Positions 1 to 11,781 of a DNA stretch of 64,000 nt are shown piece by piece. The stretch lies in contig NC_134026.1 of the NCBI RefSeq assembly GCF_964204645.1, positions 21,052,150 to 21,116,149 on the forward strand, written 5' to 3'. This DNA is from Tubulanus polymorphus. Its lineage: Eukaryota; Animalia; Nemertea. Below the pieces are notes generated by a model. That model ran no database searches. It saw only the letters and a program-made list of their open reading frames with translations, and was not told where the DNA came from. The position numbers and the translations under genes were made by a program. Position 1 is the stretch's first letter. Each line of letters opens with the position of its first letter.

Positions 1-62
1 CATTGAAAATGAACTAATTTTAACTCAGAGTTAACTCTAACTCACAACTGTGGAATTGGGTC
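1..62. mobile_element. Partial MITE cut by the window edge; same family as 13121-13209
   Basis: CATTGAAAATGA...TAACTCACAACTGTGGAATTGGGTC is the reverse complement of the left half of the 13121-13209 element. Confidence 0.6.
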
Positions 63-442
63 TTGGGTCTTACGCGATAAATAAAATGAACGCCGACGCG
101 ATTAAATCCAAACCGCATGCTTTGTTTCGACGAAACAACACGCGCCTCAGTTGATTATTCCACTTACAAACTATGGAAAATACCAACAAGTGGAATATTG
201 TGTTTTTCTTTAGGCGAAGCGATTCGAATTTCTATCAGACGAAGAGGAGTAGGTTTGAAATGTATAATGGAACAGGAAGTTGCTCGCATCGATTATCAAC
301 ATAGATGATATTTCAGTCCTATTTCTAATCATCGTATACGCATAACACTTATCAATATGAGAGTGGGAAATTCACCAATGACGTTTTTATCGTTACTGCC
401 TGACTATTAAAATGACTATGAAATTAATTATTAAACCACAAG

Positions 443-618
443 GGGTACTCTTTTATCAGATCGGAGAATCCGTTTGTCTCCAATCGCACTCTATTATTGG
501 CCCTGTGACCTTTTCGGAGAGACTGAAACCTCTTTTCTGTCGAGGTGGTGTGATTAGGATTTTGCGTGGAGCCAACCGGAGATTTCGGATGGAGACTTAG
601 AGGTCATAAGAGTATGCC
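443..618. repeat. Dispersed ~175-bp repeat, copy 1 (copy 2 at ~7052-7228)
   Basis: Visually alignable: GTACTCTTTTATCAGATCGGAGAATCCGT...TCTGTCGAGGTGGTGTGATT...GGAGCCAACCGG...ATTTCGGAT occurs at both loci in the same orientation. Confidence 0.85.
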
Positions 619-759
619 CAAGGTATCGGTTGCGAAGCAGACATCACCATCATCATCAGTTGGAATGCCAGTACGCAGCAGAAAACGATTTGGTTCAACG
701 ATTACTGGCATTTACGAATATTTTCCTAAATTAAATCATCTTCTTCATTGTATTTGTTT

Positions 760-1570
760 CGGCAGGGTATAGGGAACACAACAAATCCGGAGACGCATAC
801 GACGCGCTTCACATCCGTATTTTGAAACAAACAGTGTGTTGATTAGACATCCTCATAGCCCTCCTTCGAGTCTAGAACAGACTGGTGATCGTTACGGCAA
901 TGGTGGCTGATTAACGGCCATATTTAGAAAGAATATTCGATCGCCTCCAATTCAAAAACAGAATCTACAATTTTCATTTTAACGCCGCGCTAAAACCAAC
1001 TCTTCTGTCGTTAAAAACAACTATTATAAAGTGGCGTTAAACCAACGAAAGAGATCGCGTTAAGCGGAAAAAGACCATGTTAAAACGAAAAGTTGGTTTT
1101 AACGTAGCGTTAAAAAACTAAAAATAGGTTTCAACGCAGCATTAAACAAGCTTATGGATGTAGCATTTTTTTCAAGTGGCCCGAATCAGCCACCATATTA
1201 CGGCGAGTATTCTGGAAATTCCGTGTAGTTCAATGCCGCGAGTGGAGTCTTCTCTTTTACGCGTTGATACCATAATGTATAATGACGACGAGACCGATCA
1301 TCATGATTAACACGGTACCACACCCAGATGCCGGGTACAGTCTATATTGCGGAATTACAACGTAACGGAAAGCAATTAACACGTTTAACAGATATCTTGT
1401 GGTAATACAGATGACTAGAACCCACCAAAATCGGATCAACTCTGATAACCGTTGAACTCGGATGTTTTTTGAAATACTGTTTGTGACACTATATACATGA
1501 AATACATTAACATCCACTCGGATATCACTCAAGTCGGACACATTTTTTACGGTCCCAAAAGTCCCATGAG
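760..1570 (-). pseudogene. Possible highly decayed rhodopsin-class GPCR, interrupted by a MITE
   Basis: Minus-strand fragments occur in TM order: LSDI (TM2-like), LNVLIAFRYVVI (TM3, DRY-like), a hydrophobic TM4-like stretch, SRILAVTITSLF (TM5-like, reads across the MITE insertion site) and DVKRVVCVSG/ICCVPYTL (TM6-like, frameshifted). Multiple stops. Confidence 0.3.
899..1197. mobile_element. MITE with TGGTGGCTGA termini and a 7-bp target-site duplication
   Basis: Ends are AATGGTGGCTGATTAACGGCCA and TGGCCCGAATCAGCCACCATA. TTACGGC is duplicated at 892-898 and 1198-1204. Internal TTTTAACG...CGTTAAAA palindromes. Confidence 0.75.
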
Positions 1571-2011
1571 CGAAGTCTGATGTGGATGCCTAGTTAGAAT
1601 TCACAGAATTCGGTAATCTACTTTCTGTTATGCTTTTCAAATACGTATCCATTGAGAATCCGCATTGTACGTACGAGTCTTTTCTAAATTTCCGTATTAT
1701 TCGGTTCGTTTTGAGGAAGAATTAGACAATTAACCGGTGTAAAACTTCTGCTAGATATACTTTTGATATTCATCCGAATGGGCTTGGAACAAATGATTTA
1801 GATCGAATAATATCATACTGAAGTGTCATGTTTTATACATATTGCTGCGGTGTGTTCGTACGATTTCCTCGCTTGATCTGAAACTTATATCTGAAACTTA
1901 ATACTTGAAGATTCGTGTCAGGATGGTTCATTTCTTGATCACAAATTGTGTATTTGCTATTACGTTAAACGATACACACGATGGCACTAAATCTTGAGTG
2001 AAACCACGATA

Positions 2012-2221
2012 TTACGTGTTAATTTCGCCAGTTTCCCCGTCTTTTTTCACGCTGCTATGCGTCGTACCGCTTTCCAGTAATGTTGTACTCGTCCGCACAC
2101 AAGAATCACTAACCGAATCTCCCTCTATCCAAGTGTCTCTTCTCTTCTTAGGTTTCTTGGAAATTTGCGTCATACTAGTCTGCGTGACGTTTACCTGGCG
2201 TTTACTAGGTGCGCAACCCAT
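2012..2221 (-). CDS. N-myristoylation/palmitoylation-motif (MGCAPSK) start exon, or a 69-aa microprotein
   Basis: MGCxxSK N-terminus, polybasic KKPKKRR and an RRDT PKA-like site. A splice acceptor (TTTAG) lies 1 nt before the ATG. A candidate donor AC|GTAATA at 2016/2015 overlaps the stop, and there is an upstream donor AG|GTAAGC at 2829/2828. Confidence 0.5.
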   Translation of the reverse strand: MGCAPSKRQVNVTQTSMTQISKKPKKRRDTWIEGDSVSDSCVRTSTTLLESGTTHSSVKKDGETGEINT

Positions 2222-5135
2222 GCTAAAGACAATCGTCGCTCATTCAGATTCGGATTTGAATTTATTGCTCCTGAAAGTATACAATTTTTCGAAGACAGCG
2301 TACAAAATTAAGCTGTTCACAGTCATACAATTGCGGTGTCGAAATATCGAGTTGTTTAAAATGCGAAATTTTGGGTTAGAAAAAAAGTCATATGGCCGCG
2401 ATGCTCTTTCGTATTTAAGTGCATCGTTGTTCCGGGAAGGGGCGTATTAAGATAGAAATTATGGAACCAGGAAATAATGTTTTCTTGTGATATTTCAAGT
2501 ATTTACTTTGCTTTGCAATTTTCCGCCTATATTTCCCTGCTTGAACACCTTAACATTATGCATATTATGTGTTGAACTCAAACGAACGAGTAACGATTTT
2601 TTATTTTTTTGGTAAAAGCCTGTGAATGAAGACTGCTATAAGGCGATAGAAATGATAAACAACGAAAATCCCTATAACGAGTTATGATAGTAGATCCAGA
2701 TATCTGACGTATTTCTACAACAATACATGCCATCTATTTAACATAGGAAAGTGTCACTCCGTTTTCTTCGAGTATAAATGTTCACGTTAAGAAAAATGTC
2801 AAATCCACTCAATAATGGCCGTGCTTACCTTATCTTCAATGGCTTAGCTATCGTGCATCTGAAGAGAATTCTTCTTTCGGAACTCGAACCATTCTTGTCT
2901 ATTCTCGGGAGTTGTTTGTGATAAATGCAACTACGACTTAGCGGATACATATCCATGACAACGAACGTCTACATTCGAGATGATACTTTATAATGCGAAA
3001 TGGCGTCATCGCGATTCACACTTTTAAAAACGTTTTCATATATATCATACCAGTTAATCAGGGGCAAAACCAAATGGGTGGTGTCAAGTTGCCTTGAAAT
3101 TTCGCGGTAAAATATCAAATATATACATCTATACCTAAAGAAAAGTCTAAATTCATAAGCTTGTTCATTGTGTATTTTCAAAAATGAGTTACTTTTTCTG
3201 ATGAGCTTTCTTTCGGGACGCCTCTTTAATCATACGATATGCTCGATTTTGGAGGTGCATCCCTCCCCGATTCAGACCTATAGATCCGCCCCTGTAAATC
3301 ACTATCCTTATATTCATATCTGACATTTCATGAGAGCGAAATTTTGTCGAAGAAGGCGCTCGGTGACGTGTTAATAAGTCAGTTTAAAGCAATCAATTAT
3401 CATCTTGTGGAAATTTCGTCTGCGGCAAAATCATGAAATAATCATTGAAAATGCCTGGGAACCGACGCAATAACTGATTGAGATATGACCCAACAAAATT
3501 ATTAAGTATTCATTATCAAGTAACTAGCGAGCAAAAACGAAATTGATCATGTCATATTTTGTCCTGTGTGATGAGTGTTAATGATACTTTATGTTTGTTC
3601 GGTCGATGCTCCGTTGTTTGACTATATTTCCACCCGAATCCATTTTGACAGTCATCATTATAGCTGTGTGTTATACCATGTTTCTGGCTTGGCAATAATT
3701 CAAACCGAAAGCTCGAGGGTTGAACCTTGGCAAACGATCGTAAGGCCGTATTTCCTATTAGTTGGATAACGGATCCGCCGCCGAATCTTTTCCGATCCTA
3801 GGTTCGTTTGTATTTTTTTCCCACCGCCCTCTTATTTCTAAGCATAGACATGAAAGCAACAATTATTAAACATATATTTTTCTTCGACTGCTACATCATG
3901 CTTTTGACATCACAAACAAAAAAGTGGGCGGTGGTGTTCTGATGGACATATTTGTCGGGTTCGTTCAGTAAATAGCGTCATTAGCGACATCAGTTATGTG
4001 TGTTGTCAGTAAATAATATATACTTTTATCCAAAATTACCTCCAAAAAACAATTTCTATCTTTTTTTTCAGAGAACTTTTTTGAAATTTTTTCTCGCATC
4101 TGCAATTATTTCACGTCCATCAAATCCGTAATCCAACTTATAATATAAAAACGGCCTGGACGTGTTATCCCAGATATAGCAAGTGTGAAGTTGTTTAAAA
4201 GATGCGTACAGAAATGTGTCGCCGGTCTTAAAATTCGCTGTCAAGTGATGGTAAAACACAACTATCAAAATTTTCGTGACGATTGAATGATTTTGTTTAC
4301 ACGATTTACATTTCAATTGATTTTTTATGCATAGTGCTACACTATACATTTCTTCAAAATGATTCGAAATCGATTGAAAACGTAGAGCACGCAAATAAAA
4401 TCATGCAATCATGAAAATGTTGATAGTTGCGCTTTTACTACTGTTATCTAACTGCCCTGGATACCCTTCCGAAATTAGATTCACCGTCACATTTCGGTAA
4501 TGAATACAGATTTTGATTGTCTCTGGGACAAACTCGTTAATTTACAAAGGCCACTTTTTCGATTCTGCCGCCCATAACGAGCAACTAATTATAGCTGCCG
4601 CGAAACGATCTGTGAGAAACTCCGGTCTTTTGCTTCCGATTTACTGTCAGGATCGACTGATTGATGAAACAACAGCGTATGGAGGCTCTCGCTGAAAACC
4701 CCATAATTTCAGCGGACGGCACTATCGCCCATTACGTGTCGAGAATCATTTCGCTGCAATAGGATAATCGCCATAAACTTTCGGAAATTACACTAAAACA
4801 GCACAAGGTGTTGTTGTTCGTTTCGTCAGACTTCACTTTGCGGAGATCTTCGCCTCAATCGCCAGATGGCGAAAACGGAAAAAGAAATGAACATTGTTTC
4901 TTGTTAAAATTCGATCCATGTTGACCGTTCACATAGAAATATATATAGCTCATCATCTAATGTCTATTTATTAATTGATGAGACCTGTTTTTCTGGGATA
5001 TTTTGCTTACTTTTTGGGGCACATACCTCATTTATGTCTTAACAGAATGCCAAAAATCGCGGACAACAACTGAATATCCGATATTATTCCAGTTCTGTAC
5101 CAATTAGATGGATTGGCAAAAAGACTCCTTAAGTC

Positions 5136-5325
5136 CAGTTGAATGAGAGAGAAAATCCTCCATTTTGTGAAATTTCTTGAATTTTTACATTGTCACCATG
5201 CCTACAAAATGAAGTTATTTTTCTTGTGGGGTCTCAACAACTAAATCAGGGTGGCGTAGGCATGGTAACAATGTTCAAATCCAAGAAATTTCACAAAATG
5301 GAGGATTTTCTCTCTCATTCAACTG
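5136..5325. mobile_element. Tc1/mariner-type MITE with ~68-bp TIRs
   Basis: CAGTTGAATGAGAGAGAAAATCCTCCATTTTGTGAAATTTCTTG is matched by its reverse complement ending CAACTG, followed by TA (the left flank reads TC). Confidence 0.8.
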
Positions 5326-5392
5326 TATTAGTCGCATTGCCGGATTCGAATTAATTCAAATGAGATAAAATGTACAAAATGCTCATTTCTAT

Positions 5393-5525
5393 AGTGAAAA
5401 ACCCACGATAAGACGGAAAACGTAGGAGATCTGACGTTTCGACTAATATATATGAGTCATTTTCAAAATCTGATTAAAAATATCTTTCCTAGTTTTTTCA
5501 TCTTTATCGCGGTTTTTTTTTCACT
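5393..5525 (-). repeat. Imperfect inverted repeat enclosing a degenerate hammerhead-like motif
   Basis: Arms at 5393-5430 and 5482-5525. The minus strand reads TTGAAAA-T-GACT-loop-AGTC-GAAA-CGTC. Confidence 0.4.
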
Positions 5526-6375
5526 TTACTAGCAGCAGTCACTTGTTTATGGGAACCAATGCTCATTTTTGTTCTTCCCATTTTTTTTCTATTTTTCAAA
5601 GTGAACAGTCGCTATGCAACAAGGTAAACGTTTTCTAATCATCGATGAAACTCTTTCGTCTCCCTAGAGACACTAATGGTAATACATAATGGATGTCACG
5701 GGAATGTTCGATTATCATCCCAGTAGATAATCCGAAATTAATATTTCCATTATTTCAACTGGAGTAATGGAAATATTACCGGATGAATGTTATATTCTCA
5801 GTACGTATACGCCACGGTACCACTTTCAAAATACACCGATGGTTGAATTGTAGCCAACCTAACTGTTGACTCAATATTTTGAACTCAGTCACGACTGTGC
5901 AACTTTTCCCTTAAACATGGCGGATTTAGGTTCCAATTTCCGGTTCTGACTAGCGCCATCAAACGAGAAAATTCAGAACTTGAATTTGTCCATACCCCGT
6001 TTTCTACATGTTACCTGCCTGATGATGGTAATTTGCTTCGATATGGCGGTGGTTAAAGTAAATTCTAATTGTAGGACTTCTTCAATCATGAGTCGACACG
6101 GTTGATACAATAAACTCATACCAAAAATCCACAAACACCAGTATTTCAAATATTTTCGTTTACACATCCCCTCAGAAAGGTTACATATAACCATATATTC
6201 ATGTGTTCATATCAAAAGCGAATGTGTAACAACAATAAATGAGATAGATTAACATATTCCATTAACGATTCGAGCAGTCATCATTATTCATCGTAAATTA
6301 TATGTTTAACTCAATAGATGTACCACACATAATTATAGTAAAAAGAATTATGATAACAAATCAAAAGATTTACTA

Positions 6376-6535
6376 CAGTAGACCCCGCTTGCCCCGGAGC
6401 TAGCGGGACCAATAGATTGTCTCCGATGTACACAAATTCAGTGGCAGCCGTATCAAGTGGTAATATATACAGTATATTGTCCGGGGCATGCAATATTCCA
6501 CGGCAATCGAGTCCGGGGAAAACGGAGTCTACAAA
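6376..6535. mobile_element. Degenerate pogo/Tc1-like MITE
   Basis: TA-CAGTAGACCCCGCTTGCCCCGG ... CCGGGGAAAACGGAGTCTAC imperfect TIRs. Confidence 0.55.
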
Positions 6536-7051
6536 TTCTATTTTATCTACTAAAACTGATTTTCTGAATGAAGAAGCAATGTACGGTCGTTGAAAAGAGA
6601 ATTTCGAAACTCTATGGAGGTCGCCAATTCAGGCGGATGTTTTGGCTTAGCTAGAAAAATCCTGAGTTGTTTCGCTGCATGCGTATTCAGAAGATTATTC
6701 CGTAAAAAATTTAATTCAGGAACCAATCAACCCACTGCCTGGAACCAGCCCACTTGTGACATTGGCCGTTGTAAATGAAGTGATTGGTATCCAAAGCCTG
6801 GCATTTTGAAGTGAGTTAATTTTCGATTATGCAGTATGTGTCTCGGGTGAGGTCCTGGACATATGGAAAGACAATCAAAGTTTAAAATGATGAAGACGAA
6901 GTATGAAATGTCTCAGGGTTTGTCCAGGCAGCTGATTGATAGTTACAAAATCTGATAGGTCCTATGCACAAGCTATTTCAACAATATGACGACGAATGAG
7001 AACTTAGAATACTTATTCCAAATTGGAAAAATTCAGTCAATATTGGTCTTT

Positions 7052-7228
7052 GGGTGTACTCTTTTATCAGATCGGAGAATCCGTCTGCCTCCAATCGTAC
7101 TCTTTTATCGGTCACGTTTTCGATGGTCCGAAACCTCCTTTCTGTCGAGGTGGTGTGATTCGGATTTTGTCTGGAGCCAACCGGCGATTTCGGATAGAGA
7201 CTTGGGAGGTGATAAAAGAGTAAGCCCC
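7052..7228. repeat. Dispersed ~175-bp repeat, copy 2
   Basis: Aligns with 443-618 and lies ~120 bp 3' of the GPCR stop. Confidence 0.85.
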
Positions 7229-7344
7229 AAGGGATGAAATACCTGTATATAGGCCAATAACGGATCATAGCGCATGGAGAGCACGCTTAGGTTGGTTCAG
7301 GGGTTGATTGCTAACAAGAGATTGATTCCGACGTGTTACCAGTC

Positions 7345-8382
7345 CTAAGAAAGGTTTCCTTTGCAGCTGTTAGTTACCGCATTCAACTCCGCCATCTCTG
7401 TTTCGCGACTCAACATACTTCCACGGAAATGACTAACGCGAAGAATTTTCCGACGAAATGCCACACGAAATCTCGACCCCGTGTAGAAATACAAGACGAA
7501 ATTTACGCTAGAGTTCACGCACAACGAAATGCCCGACACGGTGCTCATTTCTTTAAACAACGGATCAGATACCAGATACAACGACGTGCTTACAACGAAT
7601 GGTATTGACGAGATCAGAAAAACCGTACTCACTGCAATGATGCGGATGGACGGGTCATCGGCGTTCGAGGATGCTCGGGGATTTTCACGGTTAGTGCTGG
7701 CCGATCTTCGAAAAGAACGAGCCTGTTTAACGGTATAAATCATGAATGAATTGCAAACAAATACTATCCCGATCGGCAATATACAGGCCATTAGTAATCG
7801 TATGATGGTACCTAGCACTTTCACCCTCGGCCGACCCGCACGTTTGATCAGCTCGGTTAGGCAAATGCCGACGGCCACCGACAATGCGAATACGATGCCC
7901 GTCACAACACCGGCGTTCTTCGCTGAAAAGTTTCGCACCCGAAGCGGATGCCGAACGGCCAAAAACCGGTGAATTGTTACGACCACAACCATCCAAAACG
8001 TGAAAATTCGCGCGAAATATCTACAATATACTGCCATCTGGCCGATTTTGAAGTAGAATCTACAAGACTCGATCGCTATTTCGACAAAACAGCTAATACC
8101 GATATGCACTAAACTGTACAACAAGAATATCGTGTCCGATATAGCCAACGAAATGAGAAACACATTCTGTGCGGTTTTGGAATTTTCGGCCAGTAATACG
8201 ATGACGCTGAGAATGTTGAGAACGATTCCGATTGGACAAATAACGGCGATGAAACAGGCGCTGATCATTTGAAGAAGCGCATATTCCCCATTGATACACG
8301 ATTCGTCATAACACACATCTAAATGGGCTCCACTTTCGTAAGTTAAATTCACGAGTTCACCACCAGCACCACTCATTTCCAT
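7345..8382 (-). CDS. Class A (rhodopsin-like) GPCR, FMRFamide/peptide-receptor-like orphan, 345 aa, intronless CDS
   Basis: Seven hydrophobic segments: TM1 PIGIVLN, TM2 LAISD, TM3 IHRF (DRY variant), TM6 FLISSIP, TM7 NSSVNFVLY, and helix 8 GSRFR. A candidate 5'UTR intron lies at ~8413-8570. Confidence 0.9.
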   Translation of the reverse strand: MEMSGAGGELVNLTYESGAHLDVCYDESCINGEYALLQMISACFIAVICPIGIVLNILSVIVLLAENSKTAQNVFLISLAISDTIFLLYSLVHIGISCFVEIAIESCRFYFKIGQMAVYCRYFARIFTFWMVVVVTIHRFLAVRHPLRVRNFSAKNAGVVTGIVFALSVAVGICLTELIKRAGRPRVKVLGTIIRLLMACILPIGIVFVCNSFMIYTVKQARSFRRSASTNRENPRASSNADDPSIRIIAVSTVFLISSIPFVVSTSLYLVSDPLFKEMSTVSGISLCVNSSVNFVLYFYTGSRFRVAFRRKILRVSHFRGSMLSRETEMAELNAVTNSCKGNLS

Positions 8383-9206
8383 CCTTGTTTGGATATTTCA
8401 AAATCCGATCTCCTAAGAATCATTCACCACCGGCATCGTGCTGGGAATTGATATCATTTTGCGCACCGCGCCTCCAATATAGTCAAAGTGTTGCGCGTGA
8501 CTGTTGCGGATTCGACTCGACTCTCCGTCAACTGACTTCGGTGACGCCACGATGAAAAAAGAATTCTTACCGTGGTTTGTGATTAGTCCAGCACATAATC
8601 AAAAATGCGTACCCCGGAGAATTCAGAAGTTAACTACTGGACTGGTTTACCGGTAGATTAGATTTTTTTATCTGAAAACCCGACGCGCGGTAACACACGC
8701 TATTTTCCCCCGGCTAATTATATATTCCGTCAATACACAGCCGTATCGAGATGTCAAACCGAGTAAGAAGGATGCTCGCTCACTCACTCACCGACTGCCA
8801 AATTCTCTTCCGCCCTGCCATTAGATATCAGTTTATCGCATTAGGTCTACGCGGGTAACAGCTTGTGAATAAATACAATATATCGACTACTGAATTTATA
8901 GTATGCGATTTAGTCATTTTGCACGGGGCAGAGTGTCTGAAATGGCACACCGACAAAAAAATTAGTCCAAACGTTCAAGAGATTAATTAGCTATAATAAG
9001 AAACAAATTATCCTCATTTTCCCGAAAAAAAGTCTAGGCCTGCATATATTCGGTTATATCTCACTGTCGTGGCTATAACGCTTGTTTTGTGGTTAAGCGA
9101 CACCTCTCTTCACAAAACCTATTTCAATCATGTTAGTGAACAACACTGGGTGGATTTTTTTTTCAATTTCTGAGCTTGAACTGACTTTGTTATTTATAGA
9201 TAATAT

Positions 9207-9234
9207 CAAAAATACATCTCTTTATGTATTTTTG
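9207..9234. mobile_element. 28-bp palindrome flanked by a 7-bp duplication (putative transposon footprint)
   Basis: ATAATAT-CAAAAATACAT-CTCTTT-ATGTATTTTTG-ATAATAT. Confidence 0.6.
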
Positions 9235-9645
9235 ATAATATCGAGGGCGCGTCGACAGAAAAATGAATTGTAGACAAATTCACGTATGATAATATCTACA
9301 TATGGACGCACCAGTATAAATTTGCTTGCAAGTAGAAGACATAAAGGAATGATACCCCAAGAACCTATAAAAGAATAGAATCTAAATGATGAGTTTGAAA
9401 GCGGCAGATGATTTGAAAAGCCTTAGATCAACACCAAGAATTGGTGCACATGTACCGCATGCAACAGGTCCATGCCAGATCTATTATTCGCCAACTCTTT
9501 ATGTAACAAATAAATAGAATTTGTTTGTATATATATTGCAATGTATTCAATATTGGCAATATTGGGGCTTTCAATGCTCGTTAAGATGACAGAGAATATC
9601 AATTATATTGCAAGTTGATCCCCCTTCCGGCAGTGTTATTAAACA

Positions 9646-11781
9646 TTAAAAGTGCGGATCCGTTCCCCAGCAAATCAGCGGTCCGACGAGAAATTGCCCT
9701 TCTTCATTATGCATTACACCTGGAAAGAAGATAACAGTCATTTTAGCAAGAAAACGCCGGATTCGGTGCAATTTGCCAAGTAATTGTTTCTGGTTGATTG
9801 GCTACCGGGTTAATGATATTCAAGGGATTTTTCGTTAGTATTCGCGGGTTATAATCGCCCTAACGGCGCCGAGTAAACCATCCAGATTTATGTCAGTCAT
9901 TTACTGACGCCCAGGTGCGTGGTATAAGTCAGTAAAAGAAAACCCTAATTGATCATTTGCCAACGCGCGGAATATCCAGTGTTACGTGAAAACAAGTAAA
10001 CTAACGCATTAACAGCGTTTCATGACTGCGTGTGCAGTTGCTGTTCAGCGAAAGACGACAAATTTTCCGCTCATAAAAACAGTTATGTCCAGTAGAACAA
10101 ATTAGTGTTCCATCACACGAATCTTTCTCGGTTAAGCCCTACATTTCGCAGGGTGGAATATATTGCCAAACGGTAATATCACTCGCACATGAAATCGCTA
10201 GTTTGGGGCTGTTTTAATGAATGTTGGAACAGTCACGGTAGAAAAAAAAATTTTGAAATTTGATCTTTTTATCACACAGTGTTTTGCAGTAATTGAGTAC
10301 GACTTCGAACTGGGCAACATCGACCCACATGATTTTCACTTTCTTGATGATTCATTCGATTTTCGGAATGGATTATTTGAGAATAGATGTATCTGATGTA
10401 AGTGGCTTTTTTGTGGTATCTTAAACGCACTTTTGATGAATAGAAAAACACGAGGTGGGCTTCAATCTTACTTGTATCTCCGGCACGAAAAGTCGTAATC
10501 GGTAAATCGTCTTTGAATGTCAGATAACCCTGGTCTTCATGCCATCTATCGTCGTTACTGTCGCAGTTGCATTTCTTCTTCTTGTCGAAGCACGTGCTAT
10601 TCATTCCGCATGCGCACATCCCGGAATCATGCTCCGCACCACCCCAGTAATCTCGTTTGGTCCCGTAGCGATTCTCCCAATAAGTGACCTTGGTTACGCC
10701 GTCTTTTTCGGACACGATTCCCGCTTTGTGACACTTCCAGCTGATGTACTGCTTACAATGCAACGATTGATCGGCTAATGTAACGAGGGAGTCGACTCCG
10801 TCGTTCGTTTTCAATGGATCGTATTTGAGCTCCATCATGTATTCGCCCGCTCCTTCGTATCCGCTAACACGAGTGAAGTTCTTCAAAGAATGCCCTAATT
10901 GTATAGACATATTTCCATTCAATGAGAAATAACATAGGATTTATAAGCAAATGCGTTTGAATTTTGTTCGATCGGTATCGAAGACGAGCCGTCGGTCCTA
11001 CCTATGATTGTTACACCAACACCTCCCTCCATTTCAAAATCACACCAGACTTTTAAAAGTTTGAAGTCGGGAGAAATAGTTGCAGAACCGCTTATGAACA
11101 TCCCCCTATCCTTCAGTTCTGTACAAGTTTTCGCTATAAGAAGAAACAAAATGATAGTTGTATTCCAAACAAAAACCAAATATAGTTATTTCAGATCGGT
11201 ACATGACGTACGTATTGGTTCACAGCTGAAGTTGTTGCAAACTTGCGAATCGGCTCCGTTTCCGATACAAGCTAAAGTAAGATTGACTCCGTGTGTAGTC
11301 CAGTCGCAGACCCGAGTACGATTTCTCTGACCGCCGTCGCAAGATCTGGAACAGGCCGACCAAACGCCCCACTCCAACCAATCCCCTGGTTCTTTAAAAT
11401 AAATTTCAGGTTATTTGTGAAAAGAAATCGATTAACAAAAAAATGTTTTGATATTTTTACGATGGAAATTATGTTTCTTAACCCTAAAATAAACGCCACC
11501 ATTTCAAGAATTGGCATCAGTTCAACAGACATGCCAACTATGTTTTAGAACGCAGATTTTGCTCACGCCTTTTATCAATCCTAATATATTGGCCGTGAAA
11601 GATCTCGAATAATTACTTGGGCAAACACCGGAGTAACAAGGTTGTTCGCTTTGGTTTTTTCCCTCGCATTCCTTGCCACCGTGCATGGCTTCATTGTTGG
11701 TACGAGTCCTAACTTGCATGCCGGTACCGCACGTGACATCAAAGTGTCCCCAGGCATTCCACGACCGCCACGAACACGGAA
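9646..11781 (-). CDS. Secreted-type protein with two TSP1 repeats and a CASPR/neurexin-IV-type fibrinogen-like domain; 5' end unresolved, possibly disabled
   Basis: Phase-1 exons 11781-11617 (TSP1), 11391-11212 (TSP1 WGVWSACSRSCDGG..RTRVC), 11133-11002 (KTCTELK..VWCDF), 10894-10472 (CKQYISWKC..YWGGA..CACG..CNCD..DQGYLT..LPI..GDT) and 9719-9646 (VGPLICWG..stop). Confidence 0.8.

Noticed and set aside
10272-10471. 3' part of the 216-aa ORF
   Set aside because: It is intron read-through past the donor at 10472/10471; the real last exon is 9719-9646.
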